A DNA stretch of 40,508 nt from positions 1 to 40,508 of the forward strand of contig JANMKN010000010.1 in NCBI GenBank assembly GCA_031372065.1. Direction: 5' to 3'. This stretch comes from Abditibacteriaceae bacterium. GTDB lineage: Bacteria > Armatimonadota > Abditibacteriia > Abditibacteriales > Abditibacteriaceae. Positions 8,006 to 19,127 of this stretch are shown piece after piece; position 1 is the first letter of the stretch, and each line of letters opens with the position of its first letter. The position numbers and the translations under genes were made by a program. A model generated the notes under the pieces. That model did not search any database. It worked only from the letters and a program-made list of their open reading frames with translations, and was not told where the DNA came from.

Positions 8006-9766
8006 CTATTCGGTTGCTAAAACGTGTTGGCCTGATTTTACATCGTCCACGATAATCGCAGTTGCGCCATCGGCTAATGTGAGATTGGCGCCGTCGAAAA
8101 GCGCTTTTTTCGCGTTACCGCGCGGCCATTCGAGGCGCGCTGAGGTGCCAGCCGGAATCGTAAATTCAATTTTGCCGGTGGCGCCTTTGAAATAGCTGAT
8201 GTTGACCGACCCTTTGGCGGTTGGCACTTGGCCGCGCACGCTATGCAAAGTGCCCGCTTGCGGCGCGATGAGGATTTTTTCGTAGCCCGGACTGAGCGGG
8301 CGCACACCCAAAACATAGCGAGAAATGATGTTGGCCGGTGCGCTGCCCCACGCGTGATTCCATGTTAAATTGGGCTTGTATTTGCCGTCCCACGCTTCGA
8401 GTGTCATGGTCGAACCCAGTTCCATCATGTGCCACCAACTGCGATCATGGCGAGCGGTTAGCAGTTGCAGCGCGTCTCTGTCGCGGCCCGCTTTGAACAA
8501 GGCTTCGAGCAGATATTGCGCGCCATAAACGCTGCACTCCATGCCTTTTCCGGCCACAAACGCGGCCACTTTGTCTTTTTTAGCCTCCGGCACTAAATCA
8601 AAAGCCAGCGCGAACATATTGGCGTGCAACGACGAATGATTGCTGCCTTCGCCATCGGTGTAAAGCCCGCTGGCTTCGTTGAAAAACACTTGATTAAACG
8701 CGCCGTAAACAGTTTGTGCTTTCAGGGCGAATTGATGCGCCTCATCGTCTTTGCCCGTCGCGCGTGCCAAGGTTTCCATGCTCTGCAAAGCGTGATAATA
8801 AAACGCGTTGGCGACGGTATTAATTTCCGGCCCGACTTGCTGCTTTTGATTGGGGTCGGCTTTGCCTGCGTTATAGCCATCGCGTTCTCCCGTCGGCCAA
8901 TCCACAATGGCGCCCGCTTTTATCAGGCCATCTTCGCGCGCTTTGTCCATCAGCAACTTCTTTTTCAAGGCCTCGTAATGCTGCCGCGCTAAAACGGCAT
9001 CGCCTGTTGCTTGATAGTCGGCATAAGCCATCATCGGCATATGCAAACTCCACTCTGTCGGCCATGTCGGATGCGCTAAAAGATGGCCGACGGTGTAGCG
9101 CGCCACGCGCGGGTCGAGGTCAACGGCGTAATGCGAAAGTTGGTTGATATAAGCGTCGGCTTCATAAGGAATGCGTTCGCGCTCGCCGTCAATATAAACG
9201 CCAAACGCCGTGGTCGATTTCATGGTGTGCTTGCATAAATTCCACACGGCAGTCAAAACCGTATCGTCGCATTCAAACGACGCGGCGTTATCGTTAAACG
9301 GCGCGTGAACCCAAAGCTGGCGCAGGTTGTCTTTGGACAGTTCGACGGGACAGTTTTCGATTTCGGCATAGCGAAACGGCGCGATTTCGCCGATTTCGGG
9401 CGGCGTGTGAACCGCTGCGGGATTTTTGTGGCGCTCTTTGGTGGGAATTTGCAATTGATAAAGGCGCGTGCCCGGCTGCAAAGATAATTTCACTTCGCGA
9501 TAGCTCACGCTGCCCGGCGGCTTGCGGTCAATTTGACCATCGGCCAGTTTTTCGCCTAAACGAATTGTTAAATCGGCGGCGGGCACATCATTGGCAAATT
9601 TGATTTGCAAGTTGCCATAAGCCGCTTTGCCAAAATCCGCAAAATAATAAGCGCCGCGCCTTTCAAGAAGCATCGGCGCCACGGGCGTGGTTTCCAGCGG
9701 CGGCAAATTTTCAGCAAAAACGGGCAGAGCAGACAACAAAATGAGAGGAAGAAAAACGTTTTTCAT
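8006..9766 (-). CDS. Alpha-L-rhamnosidase-like glycoside hydrolase (GH78)
   Basis: Signal peptide, DFGKAAYG, DGERERIPYEAD, EAWD, NHAWGSAP. Confidence 0.85.
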   Translation of the reverse strand: MKNVFLPLILLSALPVFAENLPPLETTPVAPMLLERRGAYYFADFGKAAYGNLQIKFANDVPAADLTIRLGEKLADGQIDRKPPGSVSYREVKLSLQPGTRLYQLQIPTKERHKNPAAVHTPPEIGEIAPFRYAEIENCPVELSKDNLRQLWVHAPFNDNAASFECDDTVLTAVWNLCKHTMKSTTAFGVYIDGERERIPYEADAYINQLSHYAVDLDPRVARYTVGHLLAHPTWPTEWSLHMPMMAYADYQATGDAVLARQHYEALKKKLLMDKAREDGLIKAGAIVDWPTGERDGYNAGKADPNQKQQVGPEINTVANAFYYHALQSMETLARATGKDDEAHQFALKAQTVYGAFNQVFFNEASGLYTDGEGSNHSSLHANMFALAFDLVPEAKKDKVAAFVAGKGMECSVYGAQYLLEALFKAGRDRDALQLLTARHDRSWWHMMELGSTMTLEAWDGKYKPNLTWNHAWGSAPANIISRYVLGVRPLSPGYEKILIAPQAGTLHSVRGQVPTAKGSVNISYFKGATGKIEFTIPAGTSARLEWPRGNAKKALFDGANLTLADGATAIIVDDVKSGQHVLATE

Positions 9767-9799
9767 GGATGTGAAATCAAGCACGCGGCACTTTATAGA

Positions 9800-10741
9800 T
9801 TATGACTGAACTGCCTTTTGGGAGTCGCGCCAGTGCAGGCGGAGTCGCTCGAAACTCCACAAGGCAGGAGTCAACAACACGGGCACTAATTCGTTGTGAA
9901 TGCGCGCTTGACCGAAATCGCCGACTAACATCATGCCCAACAAAAACGGCGGCGCGATGCAGAGCAAGCGTTTTAAGTCCGCTGGCAAAACGCGCCATGA
10001 AAGCATTGTGAGAATGATCATCCAGCCGAAAGTCAAGAGAATCCAATCTATCGAATCTTGCGGATGGCGCAAAATGCCCGTTATAAAGTTGATATTTGCC
10101 GCCAGATGTTTTTCAAAAATCTTCGCGCCGGGATTATGCTGAAAAAGTCGCGTCAGGGCCGCTTTTACGCTTAACCACAACACCAATTGCAAAAGCCCAT
10201 TGAAAATAATCCAGCGCGTCGGTTGGCGTTTCCAAGTGAGCAAAACGAATGCGAAAATCAAAAAGCAACTGGTTTCCCGATTGAGGCAAGCCAAGAAAAA
10301 CGTAAGGTAATAAAGACGCCATTGGTCGCGTTGAATGAAGGCAACGCCCAGCACGAAAAAGAAAATCGCTGGCACATCCCACGGATAACGGATGCCGCTG
10401 ACGAAAACATAGTTCCACAGCAAAGGGTAAAGCAGCACCAGTGCGTAAAAATCGGCCTTGTCGTGCAGATATTTTTGCAAATAAGCACGCCAAGCCAGCA
10501 GCAAACCGAGCGTGAAGCCAAAAGTTAGCAGCGCATAAAGGAAGGGCAGCGAAAACGGAGCAATACTGGAAAGTCCGCGTGCCAGAAGCGGCATCAATAC
10601 GCGATATTGATAAGGTGTTGCGACGCGAAATGCGGTTAAATCGGCCAGCGAAATGCCGGGTGAATTGAAAGGCGGCTGCCAGTAGAGAAGCGTGAAAAGC
10701 GCCGCGCCGAAACCGTAGAATGGCAAGGCGAAGCGACTCAT
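9800..10741 (-). CDS. Multi-pass membrane protein (possibly GT-C-like)
   Basis: Many hydrophobic segments; PYQYRVL, YPWD, LNRET motifs. Confidence 0.7.
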   Translation of the reverse strand: MSRFALPFYGFGAALFTLLYWQPPFNSPGISLADLTAFRVATPYQYRVLMPLLARGLSSIAPFSLPFLYALLTFGFTLGLLLAWRAYLQKYLHDKADFYALVLLYPLLWNYVFVSGIRYPWDVPAIFFFVLGVAFIQRDQWRLYYLTFFLACLNRETSCFLIFAFVLLTWKRQPTRWIIFNGLLQLVLWLSVKAALTRLFQHNPGAKIFEKHLAANINFITGILRHPQDSIDWILLTFGWMIILTMLSWRVLPADLKRLLCIAPPFLLGMMLVGDFGQARIHNELVPVLLTPALWSFERLRLHWRDSQKAVQS

Positions 10742-10758
10742 GATTTTAGAGTGCGAAT

Positions 10759-11781
10759 TTAATCTTCGCCCCACGGATAAAGCAAAACTTTGCCGCAGTT
10801 GCCGGTCATTTGCAGTTCCCATGCGTCGCGCACTTGCGAGAGGGCAAAGCGATGCGTGATGAATTTATCAATGGCGGCGCTTTGTTCTTTGATGACTTGC
10901 CAGATGCGCGGCGTGTCGCGCAGATTCCAGTGCCACGAGCCGTGCAATGTCAGGCCTTTGCGCAGCATATGATTGCTGACGTTTAACGTCAAATCGCCGC
11001 CTTCGCCCACAAAGGCCACTTCACCGCGTCGCCGCACGCTTTCGATGAGCAAAAGCTGTGCGGGAGCCACGCCCGTGCAATCAATCGCTTTATCGGCGCC
11101 GATGCCGCCCGTTAAAGCGTGAATTTGTTTGAGTGCATCGGGATCGTTAGGATTAATGACGGCGCGCGCGCCCAACTCATGCGCTAATTTAGCGCGATAC
11201 GGCTGCGATTCAACAGCGATAACCCGCGCGCCGCGATGCACACCGTTAATCACGCCACCTAAACCAACTGGCCCCATGCCGGTGATAACAACCGTGTCGA
11301 ATGCATCCACGCGCAAGCGCTGCATGGCGCCAAAAGTGGGGCCAAGGCCGCAACAAGCCATGCTGGCGTGTTCAAAAGAAATATCCGGCGGAATGTGCAA
11401 AAGCAACCAATCGGGCTTCAAAAGATACTGCGCGTAAGTGGCCGTGCCGCATTCGCTTTTAGTTTCGTGTTGCAGATTGCGCCCGTGCTGGCAATGAATA
11501 TAATCGCCCGTCACGCACAATTCGCAATAACCGCAGGCGAACTGGGGCATAACGACCACACGATCACCAATTTTGACGTTGGTCGCCTTGTCCACAAAAG
11601 CGACTTCGCCCGCCGCCTCGTGGCCGAGCGATTCGGTTTTGTGGCCCGGTGCATACATTTTGTATTCGGTGCAAGCGGGCGCGACCAAAATTTTTACCAC
11701 GACAATATCGCCGTGTGGTTGCGGATCGGGTTTTTCGATGAGTTCGACTTGTTTTTCGCCAGTGATGGCCGCGATTTTCAT
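10759..11781 (-). CDS. Zinc-dependent medium-chain dehydrogenase
   Basis: GHEAAG, CGYCELC..G...HC structural Zn site, GMGPVG. Confidence 0.93.
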   Translation of the reverse strand: MKIAAITGEKQVELIEKPDPQPHGDIVVVKILVAPACTEYKMYAPGHKTESLGHEAAGEVAFVDKATNVKIGDRVVVMPQFACGYCELCVTGDYIHCQHGRNLQHETKSECGTATYAQYLLKPDWLLLHIPPDISFEHASMACCGLGPTFGAMQRLRVDAFDTVVITGMGPVGLGGVINGVHRGARVIAVESQPYRAKLAHELGARAVINPNDPDALKQIHALTGGIGADKAIDCTGVAPAQLLLIESVRRRGEVAFVGEGGDLTLNVSNHMLRKGLTLHGSWHWNLRDTPRIWQVIKEQSAAIDKFITHRFALSQVRDAWELQMTGNCGKVLLYPWGED

Positions 11782-11887
11782 GTAACTGCACGCGCCTTTG
11801 TTTTCTATTCCCGCTGTGAGCCTGTTGGAGTGCGTTCAACGTTTTTTCAACGGGAAGGTTCTGGATTTAACGCATTTTAAATGCGTT

Positions 11888-13945
11888 TTAAACAGGAAGT
11901 AAGCAATGTCCTTGCCTTCCTTGCCAGCCGTCAATAATCAACCAGAAAAGCATCATAAAAACGTCGCCTAAAATCAACCCCAAAAATAGTGGCATCACTT
12001 GTCGGTAAACGCTGCTGCCGCCAAAACGCGTGATGAGAACTTTGCAAAGCCAGCCCAGAAAAATCGAAAACCAAAAGGTGAACATCGGATGCGTCAGGCA
12101 CAGCATCAATCCAATCGGATGCAGCGGAAACCACAAAAAGCGGCTGCGCATCCAAAATAAACCCCACGTTTCAAGGCCGCCAAGCCCCATCCACAGCCAG
12201 TTTGTCCAACTGCGCCCCGGCACTTCGCGCGCCAGTTCTTTGGAAACATTGCCCGCCAATTGCGGCAAACCTTGCGCATAAGTCGGATGCAACTGCAAAC
12301 CGCCCTCGCTGTAGCCCAAGCGCACGCCCTGCCACACGCCCAGCGAATAAGTAATGACGATGCACGCCGCGATTAAAGCTAACAAAGGCCGCAAAGCGAT
12401 GCCGCGTTCGCGCGCCAATTTAAAACCGTGCAAGAAACTCGGCAGAATGTTGGCGCGCAAATCAATAATCAGCGAAGACTGAATAATGCCCGCCGGAGCC
12501 AAAGCCGAAGACGACAGCCATTTATCCGGCCCCGAACCAAACAATTGCGCATAAGTGCCCAGCGGCGTGAAACCTTGTTGCACATAAAGCATTCCCGATT
12601 CGATGACTACGCGCGCCAGCACAATGACGCACATCACATAAAAGCTCCAAATCGCAAAGGCAATATCGGCGCGAATGCCCGCCGCTATGCTCCACAAAAT
12701 CAGAAACAGAAAGCATCCCAGCGCGCCCCAAAACGCAATGGGGTAGGGCAACGCTTCGTCTTTTTCGGCGGGCGTTGCGGGCGTTTTGCCAAAGGCACGC
12801 CGCGCGATGTGACCAAAATGTTCGCGGCCCGTCCAAAAAATAATCGCGGTGTAAATCACATAAGCGCCCAGTTGTTGATACGCCGTAAACGTCTTGGCCG
12901 GAATGCCAGCCCAGCCGATGGTATTGGGCAACGTATTCGGCATGAAACCCAAATAATAGGCCGCGATATATTGCACTTTGAACAGCAAATAGAAAAACCA
13001 CAGTGAAAACGAAACTTCCGATGTCAGTAAATACGCCACGCCCACGCCAATTGGGTAAATGACAATCGGAAACCAGCCCAATTGATTCCACGGCGCTTCA
13101 GTAAACAGCGGCCCTGTATCAATGGCCAGCGGAAACGACGGAATCTCGGAAGCGTAATAATTGGCGCCGTTCATAAACTGCGCGAGAGCAGCGAGGGAAA
13201 AGCCAATCCACATCAGCGAATTTTTAAAGAAAGACGGCGCATTTTTGGCCTTCGATGAAGAATCCAATTCTTCCGTCATTTCGAGCGGCAATTTCAAAAG
13301 CGGAAACGCAAGGGCTTCGCGCTGTGCCCATTGGCCGCGCAAGATAACGGCGAGGCACGCCCACAAAAAATAGGTCGCGAAAATCAGGCTCGTCCATGCC
13401 AAAATCGGCACCATCCACGCGGCCCACGGAACAACACCGGCGCCGTTATACCAACCGTTGACGAGGTCGCGTCCGGCGCCATTGTAAGCGCCGCCGCCTG
13501 CCCATAGTGCGGGCGAAAACCATGCTTTCAAATTCGGCGCGATGGCACCGAGCCAGCCATTTTCCGGCGTCGCAAAATAAAAAGGGCCGAGCGTGGAACC
13601 GACGAAATAATTTTCCGCGCCGTGTCCCGGAATGAGGCACGAAAACAAGCACGTTATGTAAATCGTGAGAACTTCGTTGCGCGAAAATGCGAATTTTTCG
13701 CCGAGCCATTTCAGTAGCGGATTAACAATAAGAAGCAGCGCCAAAAGCGCGCCGACGGCGCCGACGGGCAAAGGCTGCGCGCCAAGGTAAGTGTTTTTCA
13801 ACTTCACGTCAATAATCGGCATGACGTAGCCGAAAAACAGCGCCAGCGCCAAGCTAAAACCTACCACGCGCCGTGTCACGCCACGCGAAGTGGAAATGCT
13901 TTCGTTGGTTGCTTCAAGTGAGGGGTGCGCGGGCGGAGCAAGCAT
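11888..13945 (-). CDS. Large integral membrane protein (DUF6785/DUF6784-like)
   Basis: Many TM segments; QW...E.L.FPL, WFPLHPIG, FLGLILGD motifs recalled for this family. Confidence 0.7.
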   Translation of the reverse strand: MLAPPAHPSLEATNESISTSRGVTRRVVGFSLALALFFGYVMPIIDVKLKNTYLGAQPLPVGAVGALLALLLIVNPLLKWLGEKFAFSRNEVLTIYITCLFSCLIPGHGAENYFVGSTLGPFYFATPENGWLGAIAPNLKAWFSPALWAGGGAYNGAGRDLVNGWYNGAGVVPWAAWMVPILAWTSLIFATYFLWACLAVILRGQWAQREALAFPLLKLPLEMTEELDSSSKAKNAPSFFKNSLMWIGFSLAALAQFMNGANYYASEIPSFPLAIDTGPLFTEAPWNQLGWFPIVIYPIGVGVAYLLTSEVSFSLWFFYLLFKVQYIAAYYLGFMPNTLPNTIGWAGIPAKTFTAYQQLGAYVIYTAIIFWTGREHFGHIARRAFGKTPATPAEKDEALPYPIAFWGALGCFLFLILWSIAAGIRADIAFAIWSFYVMCVIVLARVVIESGMLYVQQGFTPLGTYAQLFGSGPDKWLSSSALAPAGIIQSSLIIDLRANILPSFLHGFKLARERGIALRPLLALIAACIVITYSLGVWQGVRLGYSEGGLQLHPTYAQGLPQLAGNVSKELAREVPGRSWTNWLWMGLGGLETWGLFWMRSRFLWFPLHPIGLMLCLTHPMFTFWFSIFLGWLCKVLITRFGGSSVYRQVMPLFLGLILGDVFMMLFWLIIDGWQGRQGHCLLPV

Positions 13946-13998
13946 GGGTTAAATCATATAATAGTCAATGAATAGGAGATTGACGGCGAGGTAAAGCC

Positions 13999-14118
13999 TC
14001 ATCCCAACGTCGCGGCGTCGTTCCATTCTGCTTTGCAGGACTTGCCGTCTCGCAAAGCGCGAAATTGTTTGGTGTTTTCGTTCCACTGAGCCGTGGCTAT
14101 TGGGGACAAGTGAATCCG
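13999..14118 (-). pseudogene. Possible remnant of the C-terminus of an array-associated gene
   Basis: Start-less frame ending KQFRALRDGKSCKAEWNDAATLG* resembles the C-termini of the two paralogues; lies downstream of array B. Confidence 0.3.
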
Positions 14119-14193
14119 TGACCGTTAGAATCAACTATTTGGCTTCCTTTTTTGGTAATTGGGCGAGCATTTTAAAACGCCTTGCCTTATGCA

Positions 14194-14487
14194 AAAAACA
14201 GCTTCAACCGACCCAAAAACAAGTCCGACTGGTCTAAAAACAAGTCCGACCAGCCTAAAAACAGCTTCGACCAATTCAAAAACAACTCCGACTGATCCAA
14301 AAACAACTTCGACCAATTGAAAAACAGGTTCGACCGGACGAAAAACAAGACTTCCCAGACGCAAAACAGGTTTTACCGACTGAAAAACAGGTTCGACCAG
14401 TTCAAAAACAAACTTTACCGCTCGAAAAACAGCCGGTGAGACGGCGAAAACAACGCGTGAGACGCAAAAAACAGCCATTTTAGGTCT
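14194..14487. repeat. 21-bp tandem array B (AAAAACA-N5-GAC-N6), ~14 units
   Basis: AAAACA recurs every 21 bp from 14194 to 14467 with no indel. Confidence 0.96.
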
Positions 14488-14496
14488 TTTGCGCAG

Positions 14497-15720
14497 TTAA
14501 TGCGGTGCAATATGGCTTGTCGTCTGGCGAATCGCTGCGAGAATCGGCGCGCTGTCTTTGATGCTTTCCCAGTTGTAAAGGCACACAAAACGGCAGCGCG
14601 GGTCGGAAATCGTGTTACTCAGCGCGTTTTTCCACGGCGCGGTTTCGCGCGGGCCAAAAAACATCCATTCGACAGCAGCCCACGCGGGCGCATCGGACTT
14701 TGCCAGCGCGTTTTGCACGCCGCTGTCTTCGCGCGGATTATTGGCGTGCTGATAAAAACTCCAACCGGGACAGCTATATGGATTCAGCGCGGCTCGATAA
14801 AGCAGTTCGTCTTTTTTCCAACCTCCGGCGTGTGTGAAAAGTTTTTCACGCGGCACGCCGATTTTGGCGGCTTGACGGCATAAATCAGCTAAATGGCGGC
14901 GCACAACTTCGGCTTGATCGGCTTCGGTAATTTCGCCTTGCGCCCGCATTCGCGCCGATTTCACTGCCGCGTAGCCGATGGTTTGCACACCGCGCGAAGG
15001 TAAAATATCGGCTTTCGTTCCACTTTGCGGGTCGTCTTTTTCGGGCTTGTCCAACAGCGCATTGCCATTGGGATAATGAAACGAATTCACGCCGATGCTG
15101 GATTCCCAACCGAGTTTGATGCCGACGAATAAATCGCGTTTTTCGGTTGGCAGCACGCGTGCCCAATCCAGAATAACGGGAATTAGTTGCGCTTGCATTT
15201 TGTGACATTCTTTGCGATAGCGTTTGCTCATTAAATTCGGCGGCGGCAAGACGCGAATTTGCCGTCCCCAATTGCGCCACGCGATTTTAATGGCATCGTC
15301 CGGCGTCCAACCCGTCCATTCGACATTGAAACGATTATCGGGATTGTAGCCGGGCCTCGTTTTGTCCCACCAATTCCACAAATCGGGCCGCGCGCCCCAC
15401 CAATTTTCGCCGTCCAAAACCACCAAAACCGGCGTTTCGGTTTCCTGTGACAATTGCAAAAAGTGGCGCAGAGATTTTTGAATCGTTTCCGGGTCGCTGT
15501 GAAAATACGAAAAAATAAAACTGATGCCGCCGCGCACGTTATGCGCTTTGTCATCGCCAAGCGCGGCTTTTATCGCTTCAAAATCTTCTCGCTTGAATGA
15601 ATCAGGATTATTTTGATTCCAGCCATTGCCCGGCGCGCGATTTACCAAAATATATTGCGGTTCGGCGGCGACAAACGGCGAAAAAACGCACAAAAGCAAA
15701 AGCAAACACAGGAATTTCAT
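14497..15720 (-). CDS. Secreted hypothetical protein, possibly glycoside-hydrolase-like
   Basis: Signal peptide MKFLCLLLLLC; Trp-rich; ATGA-coupled to the sulfatase. Confidence 0.65.
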   Translation of the reverse strand: MKFLCLLLLLCVFSPFVAAEPQYILVNRAPGNGWNQNNPDSFKREDFEAIKAALGDDKAHNVRGGISFIFSYFHSDPETIQKSLRHFLQLSQETETPVLVVLDGENWWGARPDLWNWWDKTRPGYNPDNRFNVEWTGWTPDDAIKIAWRNWGRQIRVLPPPNLMSKRYRKECHKMQAQLIPVILDWARVLPTEKRDLFVGIKLGWESSIGVNSFHYPNGNALLDKPEKDDPQSGTKADILPSRGVQTIGYAAVKSARMRAQGEITEADQAEVVRRHLADLCRQAAKIGVPREKLFTHAGGWKKDELLYRAALNPYSCPGWSFYQHANNPREDSGVQNALAKSDAPAWAAVEWMFFGPRETAPWKNALSNTISDPRCRFVCLYNWESIKDSAPILAAIRQTTSHIAPH

Positions 15721-17084
15721 GCCGTCAAAAAGCGCCCGTTGGCGCCGAACATTTCCTGTTCGCGCGCGTTCCACAGCGAAACCAAATCCAACGTTTGCAA
15801 CGTTTCTTGCCAACTCAAACTTTGGTCGCCAGTGCGTTTTAATTGCAGGCTCAGAAGTTCATCCAATTCGTTTTGCAAGCAAGAAAAAGCGGGCTGGCCG
15901 ACGAGATTATTTAATTGCAATGGATCGGCGATGTTATCAAAAAGCAGCCACGCTTTGCCATCCCAAAAACGCGCATAAGTGTGTGTTTTGGTGCGCAGGC
16001 CGCGCCACGGCTGCACGTTTTGGCGCAAGCCTTCGTCGGTTGTGACAAGTTCCTGCAACAGCACGCAAGCGGGCGCTTGGCAAGGCTGGCTGCGCATCGC
16101 AGAAGATAAATCGACGCCATCGAAAAGCGTGTTTGTTTCCACATTCATCAAGCCCAAAAGCGACGGCGTGAAATCGCAAATGGAGAGCAATGTTTCGCTT
16201 TGCGTGCCAGCGGAAATTTGCCCCGGCCAGCGAATGACAAACGGCACATTGATCGCTTCGTCGTAGGGCAATTGCTTTTTCATTAGGCCGTGCGACCACA
16301 GCATATCGCCGTGATCGCTGGTGAAAACCACAATGGTATTCTCGGCCAAATTTGCTTCGTCGAGAAAAGCCAACAAGCGCCCCATTTGAAAATCAAGCGC
16401 CGAAATTGCCGCATAATAATTTTTCAAAGTCGCGCGACATTCCAAGCCGCGCGCTAATTCGTTGGGCGTGTTTTCGATGACATTGCTGCGTGGCTGAACT
16501 TCGTTATACAGCGCGCGAAATTCATCCGGCACCAGCGGATACGGATCGTGCGGCGGCCCCCACGACAAGAAAAGTGCGAACGGATTTGCTTGATTTTGAT
16601 GCAAAAATTCAAGGGCCAAATCGGTCTGGATTTGCGGCTCGTAGCCGGGCAATTCGATGAGTTCGTCGGTATCGCGATAATATTTCGGATGCGCGTAATC
16701 GTGGCTGCAATTATAAGCCGCCCAAAAATCGAAACCATGACGGCGTGGCCCCGGCGGTGTGAATTTGCCGCGCGGCACGCCATCGAGATGCCATTTGCCG
16801 GCATAGCCCGTCGCATAGCCAGCCTCTTTGAGAAAATTTCCAATGCTTGGAATTTCTTCCGGCAACGGCAAATCGTTGCCAACCACGCGGTTATGCTGCG
16901 GCAAAAGTCCGGTCAACAAAATCGCGCGACTGGGCGTGCAAACCGGCGCGTTGGCAAAGCAATTTGCGAATCGCGTGCCTTCGGCGGTCAAGCGATCAAG
17001 GTTCGGCGTGTGCAACTTGCCTTCGTGCCAATCGCAAGCGCGCATTTGGTCGGCGAAAACGAAAAGTAAATTCGGACGCGACAT
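15717..17084 (-). CDS. Sulfatase
   Basis: PNLLFVFADQ, CTPSR, GKWHL, TSDHG. Confidence 0.95.
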   Translation of the reverse strand: MSRPNLLFVFADQMRACDWHEGKLHTPNLDRLTAEGTRFANCFANAPVCTPSRAILLTGLLPQHNRVVGNDLPLPEEIPSIGNFLKEAGYATGYAGKWHLDGVPRGKFTPPGPRRHGFDFWAAYNCSHDYAHPKYYRDTDELIELPGYEPQIQTDLALEFLHQNQANPFALFLSWGPPHDPYPLVPDEFRALYNEVQPRSNVIENTPNELARGLECRATLKNYYAAISALDFQMGRLLAFLDEANLAENTIVVFTSDHGDMLWSHGLMKKQLPYDEAINVPFVIRWPGQISAGTQSETLLSICDFTPSLLGLMNVETNTLFDGVDLSSAMRSQPCQAPACVLLQELVTTDEGLRQNVQPWRGLRTKTHTYARFWDGKAWLLFDNIADPLQLNNLVGQPAFSCLQNELDELLSLQLKRTGDQSLSWQETLQTLDLVSLWNAREQEMFGANGRFLTA

Positions 17085-17096
17085 AGAATTTCAGCT

Positions 17097-18575
17097 TCAC
17101 GCGATAGTTAATTCCAGCGTTGCAATGGATGCAGCCGGCAAAGTAACGCTCAGTTTGCTGCCGTTTAATTTGGCTTCGTTGAATTCTTGCGGCGCAACTG
17201 TATTGGGCGCATCGAAAGTGTTGTGCGCTTGCGTTTTGTCGGCGTGCAAGAGGCGCCCGCTGACGCCGGAAATATTGGCGCCGCGCAGTTCGCATTCAAT
17301 GGTGGCTTCGCGCGAATTATCAGTGTGCGCCAGCGAAAGTAGAATCTTGCCGTCTTTCAGCGAAGCCGAGGCGCTAACGGCGGCGATTTTTTGGTCGCCG
17401 CTGCTAAATTCATCGCCTGACAAGTGCAAAGGCAGCGAGGTGGCGTCGTGATGACCTTTGAACATCTCGAAAACGTGATAGGTGGGCGTAAGCGTCATGC
17501 GCGCGCCATCGGTAAGAATCATGGCTTGCAAAACGTTGATGGTTTGCGCGATGTTAGCCATCTGCACACGCTCGGCGTGTTTGTGGAAAATATGGAAATT
17601 CAGGGCGGCGACAAGGGCATCGCGCATGGTGTTTTGCTGATACAAAAAGCCGGGATTGGTGCCCGCTTCGACGTTCCACCATGTGCCCCATTCGTCCACG
17701 ATCAGCGCCACACGCTTTTTGGGGTCGTAGCGATCCATGATGGCGCTGTGACGCGTGATAAGTTCGTCCATCAGTTGCGTGCGCTGTAAAACGTGATGAT
17801 ATTGCGTGTCACTAAATTCCGTGGCGTTACCTTTATCGCCCCAATCGCCGCCGTGGGTGTAATAGTGCAAGCTGAGGCCATTCATATGGCCTGCCGCGCG
17901 CTCCATTAAAACGTCCGTCCATTTATAATCGGCGACGTTCGGGCCGCAGGCGATTTTGAAAACTTTGTTGCCGCTGAGATGGCGCACATAAGTTTGAAAG
18001 CGGCGGTATTCATCAGCGTAATATTCGGGCCGCATAGTGCCGCCGCAGCCCCAGTTTTCGTTGCCGACGCCGAAATATTTTAGCTTCCACGGAGCTTCTC
18101 GTCCGTTTTCCTGTCGCCATTTCGTCATCGGCGATTCGCCATCAAAGGTGCAGTATTCCACCCATTCTTGCATTTCCTGCACGCTGCCACTGCCGACGTT
18201 GCCGCAAATATAAGGCTCAGCGCCCAATTGTTCGCAAAGCTCGAAAAATTCGTGCGTGCCGAAGTGATTATTTTCGACCACGCCGCCCCAATGCGTGTTG
18301 AGAATCGAAGGCCGCCCTTCGCGCGGGCCGATGCCGTCTTTCCAATGATATTCATCGGCGAAACAGCCGCCCGGCCAGCGCAAAACCGGCGGGTTGAGCT
18401 TTTTCATGGCGCCCACAACATCGTTGCGCAGACCTTTGGTGTTGACGATGCTCGAATCTTCGCCAACCCAGAAGCCTTCGTAAATGCAGCGGCCCAAATG
18501 CTCGGCGAAATGGCCGTAAATATTTTTGTTGATGACTGGCCCGGCTTGATCGGCGTTGATGATAAGCGTGTTCAT
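17097..18575 (-). CDS. abfA: Alpha-L-arabinofuranosidase (GH51)
   Basis: [41 protein letters not shown]. Confidence 0.93.
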   Translation of the reverse strand: MNTLIINADQAGPVINKNIYGHFAEHLGRCIYEGFWVGEDSSIVNTKGLRNDVVGAMKKLNPPVLRWPGGCFADEYHWKDGIGPREGRPSILNTHWGGVVENNHFGTHEFFELCEQLGAEPYICGNVGSGSVQEMQEWVEYCTFDGESPMTKWRQENGREAPWKLKYFGVGNENWGCGGTMRPEYYADEYRRFQTYVRHLSGNKVFKIACGPNVADYKWTDVLMERAAGHMNGLSLHYYTHGGDWGDKGNATEFSDTQYHHVLQRTQLMDELITRHSAIMDRYDPKKRVALIVDEWGTWWNVEAGTNPGFLYQQNTMRDALVAALNFHIFHKHAERVQMANIAQTINVLQAMILTDGARMTLTPTYHVFEMFKGHHDATSLPLHLSGDEFSSGDQKIAAVSASASLKDGKILLSLAHTDNSREATIECELRGANISGVSGRLLHADKTQAHNTFDAPNTVAPQEFNEAKLNGSKLSVTLPAASIATLELTIA

Positions 18576-18787
18576 AGTGGATTCTTTCGATGTTTTGAGC
18601 GGCGCTCCCAGTTTGCCCAATTTATGTGAAACTGACCGCGAAATTTTTGTGAACAGGGCGCAAAACCGGGCCGTCAGCGCGTTTCAGTTGACAAAGTTCG
18701 GTTCTTGCAAGAATTTGCGCGCCGAACAGAAATCGCAAAACGGCATTTGATTTGCGATTTTTGAAAAACCATCTGGGAGGAAAACTT

Positions 18788-19114
18788 ATGAAAAACAAGA
18801 ATCGCTTTATCGGACTTTCGGTGGCAACGGCCATCGCCGCCACCTCGCTTGGTTTCGGCGCCGCCAAACCCGCCGAAGCCAGCACCAAAGGCCGTCGCAA
18901 CACGACCGTCGCTTTAGGTGCTGTGACCGCTTATGGCTTGCTCAAGCATAAGAAAAAAGTCGCCATCGTAGGCGGCGTGGGCACTGCGGTTGCCTACAAC
19001 CGCTACAAGCACAAGAAAAACTGGGAAAAGCGCACCTCCGAGCAGCGCCGCCGTGCTTGGTATCAAAACCGTTATGGCCGCAACTGGCGCGACCATTACG
19101 TTCCCGGTTCGTAA
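18788..19114 (+). CDS. Small secreted basic hypothetical protein
   Basis: GGAGG RBS, signal peptide ending AEA, host-like codon usage, downstream terminator. Confidence 0.8.
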   Translation: MKNKNRFIGLSVATAIAATSLGFGAAKPAEASTKGRRNTTVALGAVTAYGLLKHKKKVAIVGGVGTAVAYNRYKHKKNWEKRTSEQRRRAWYQNRYGRNWRDHYVPGS

Positions 19115-19127
19115 GAACTGGAAAAGC

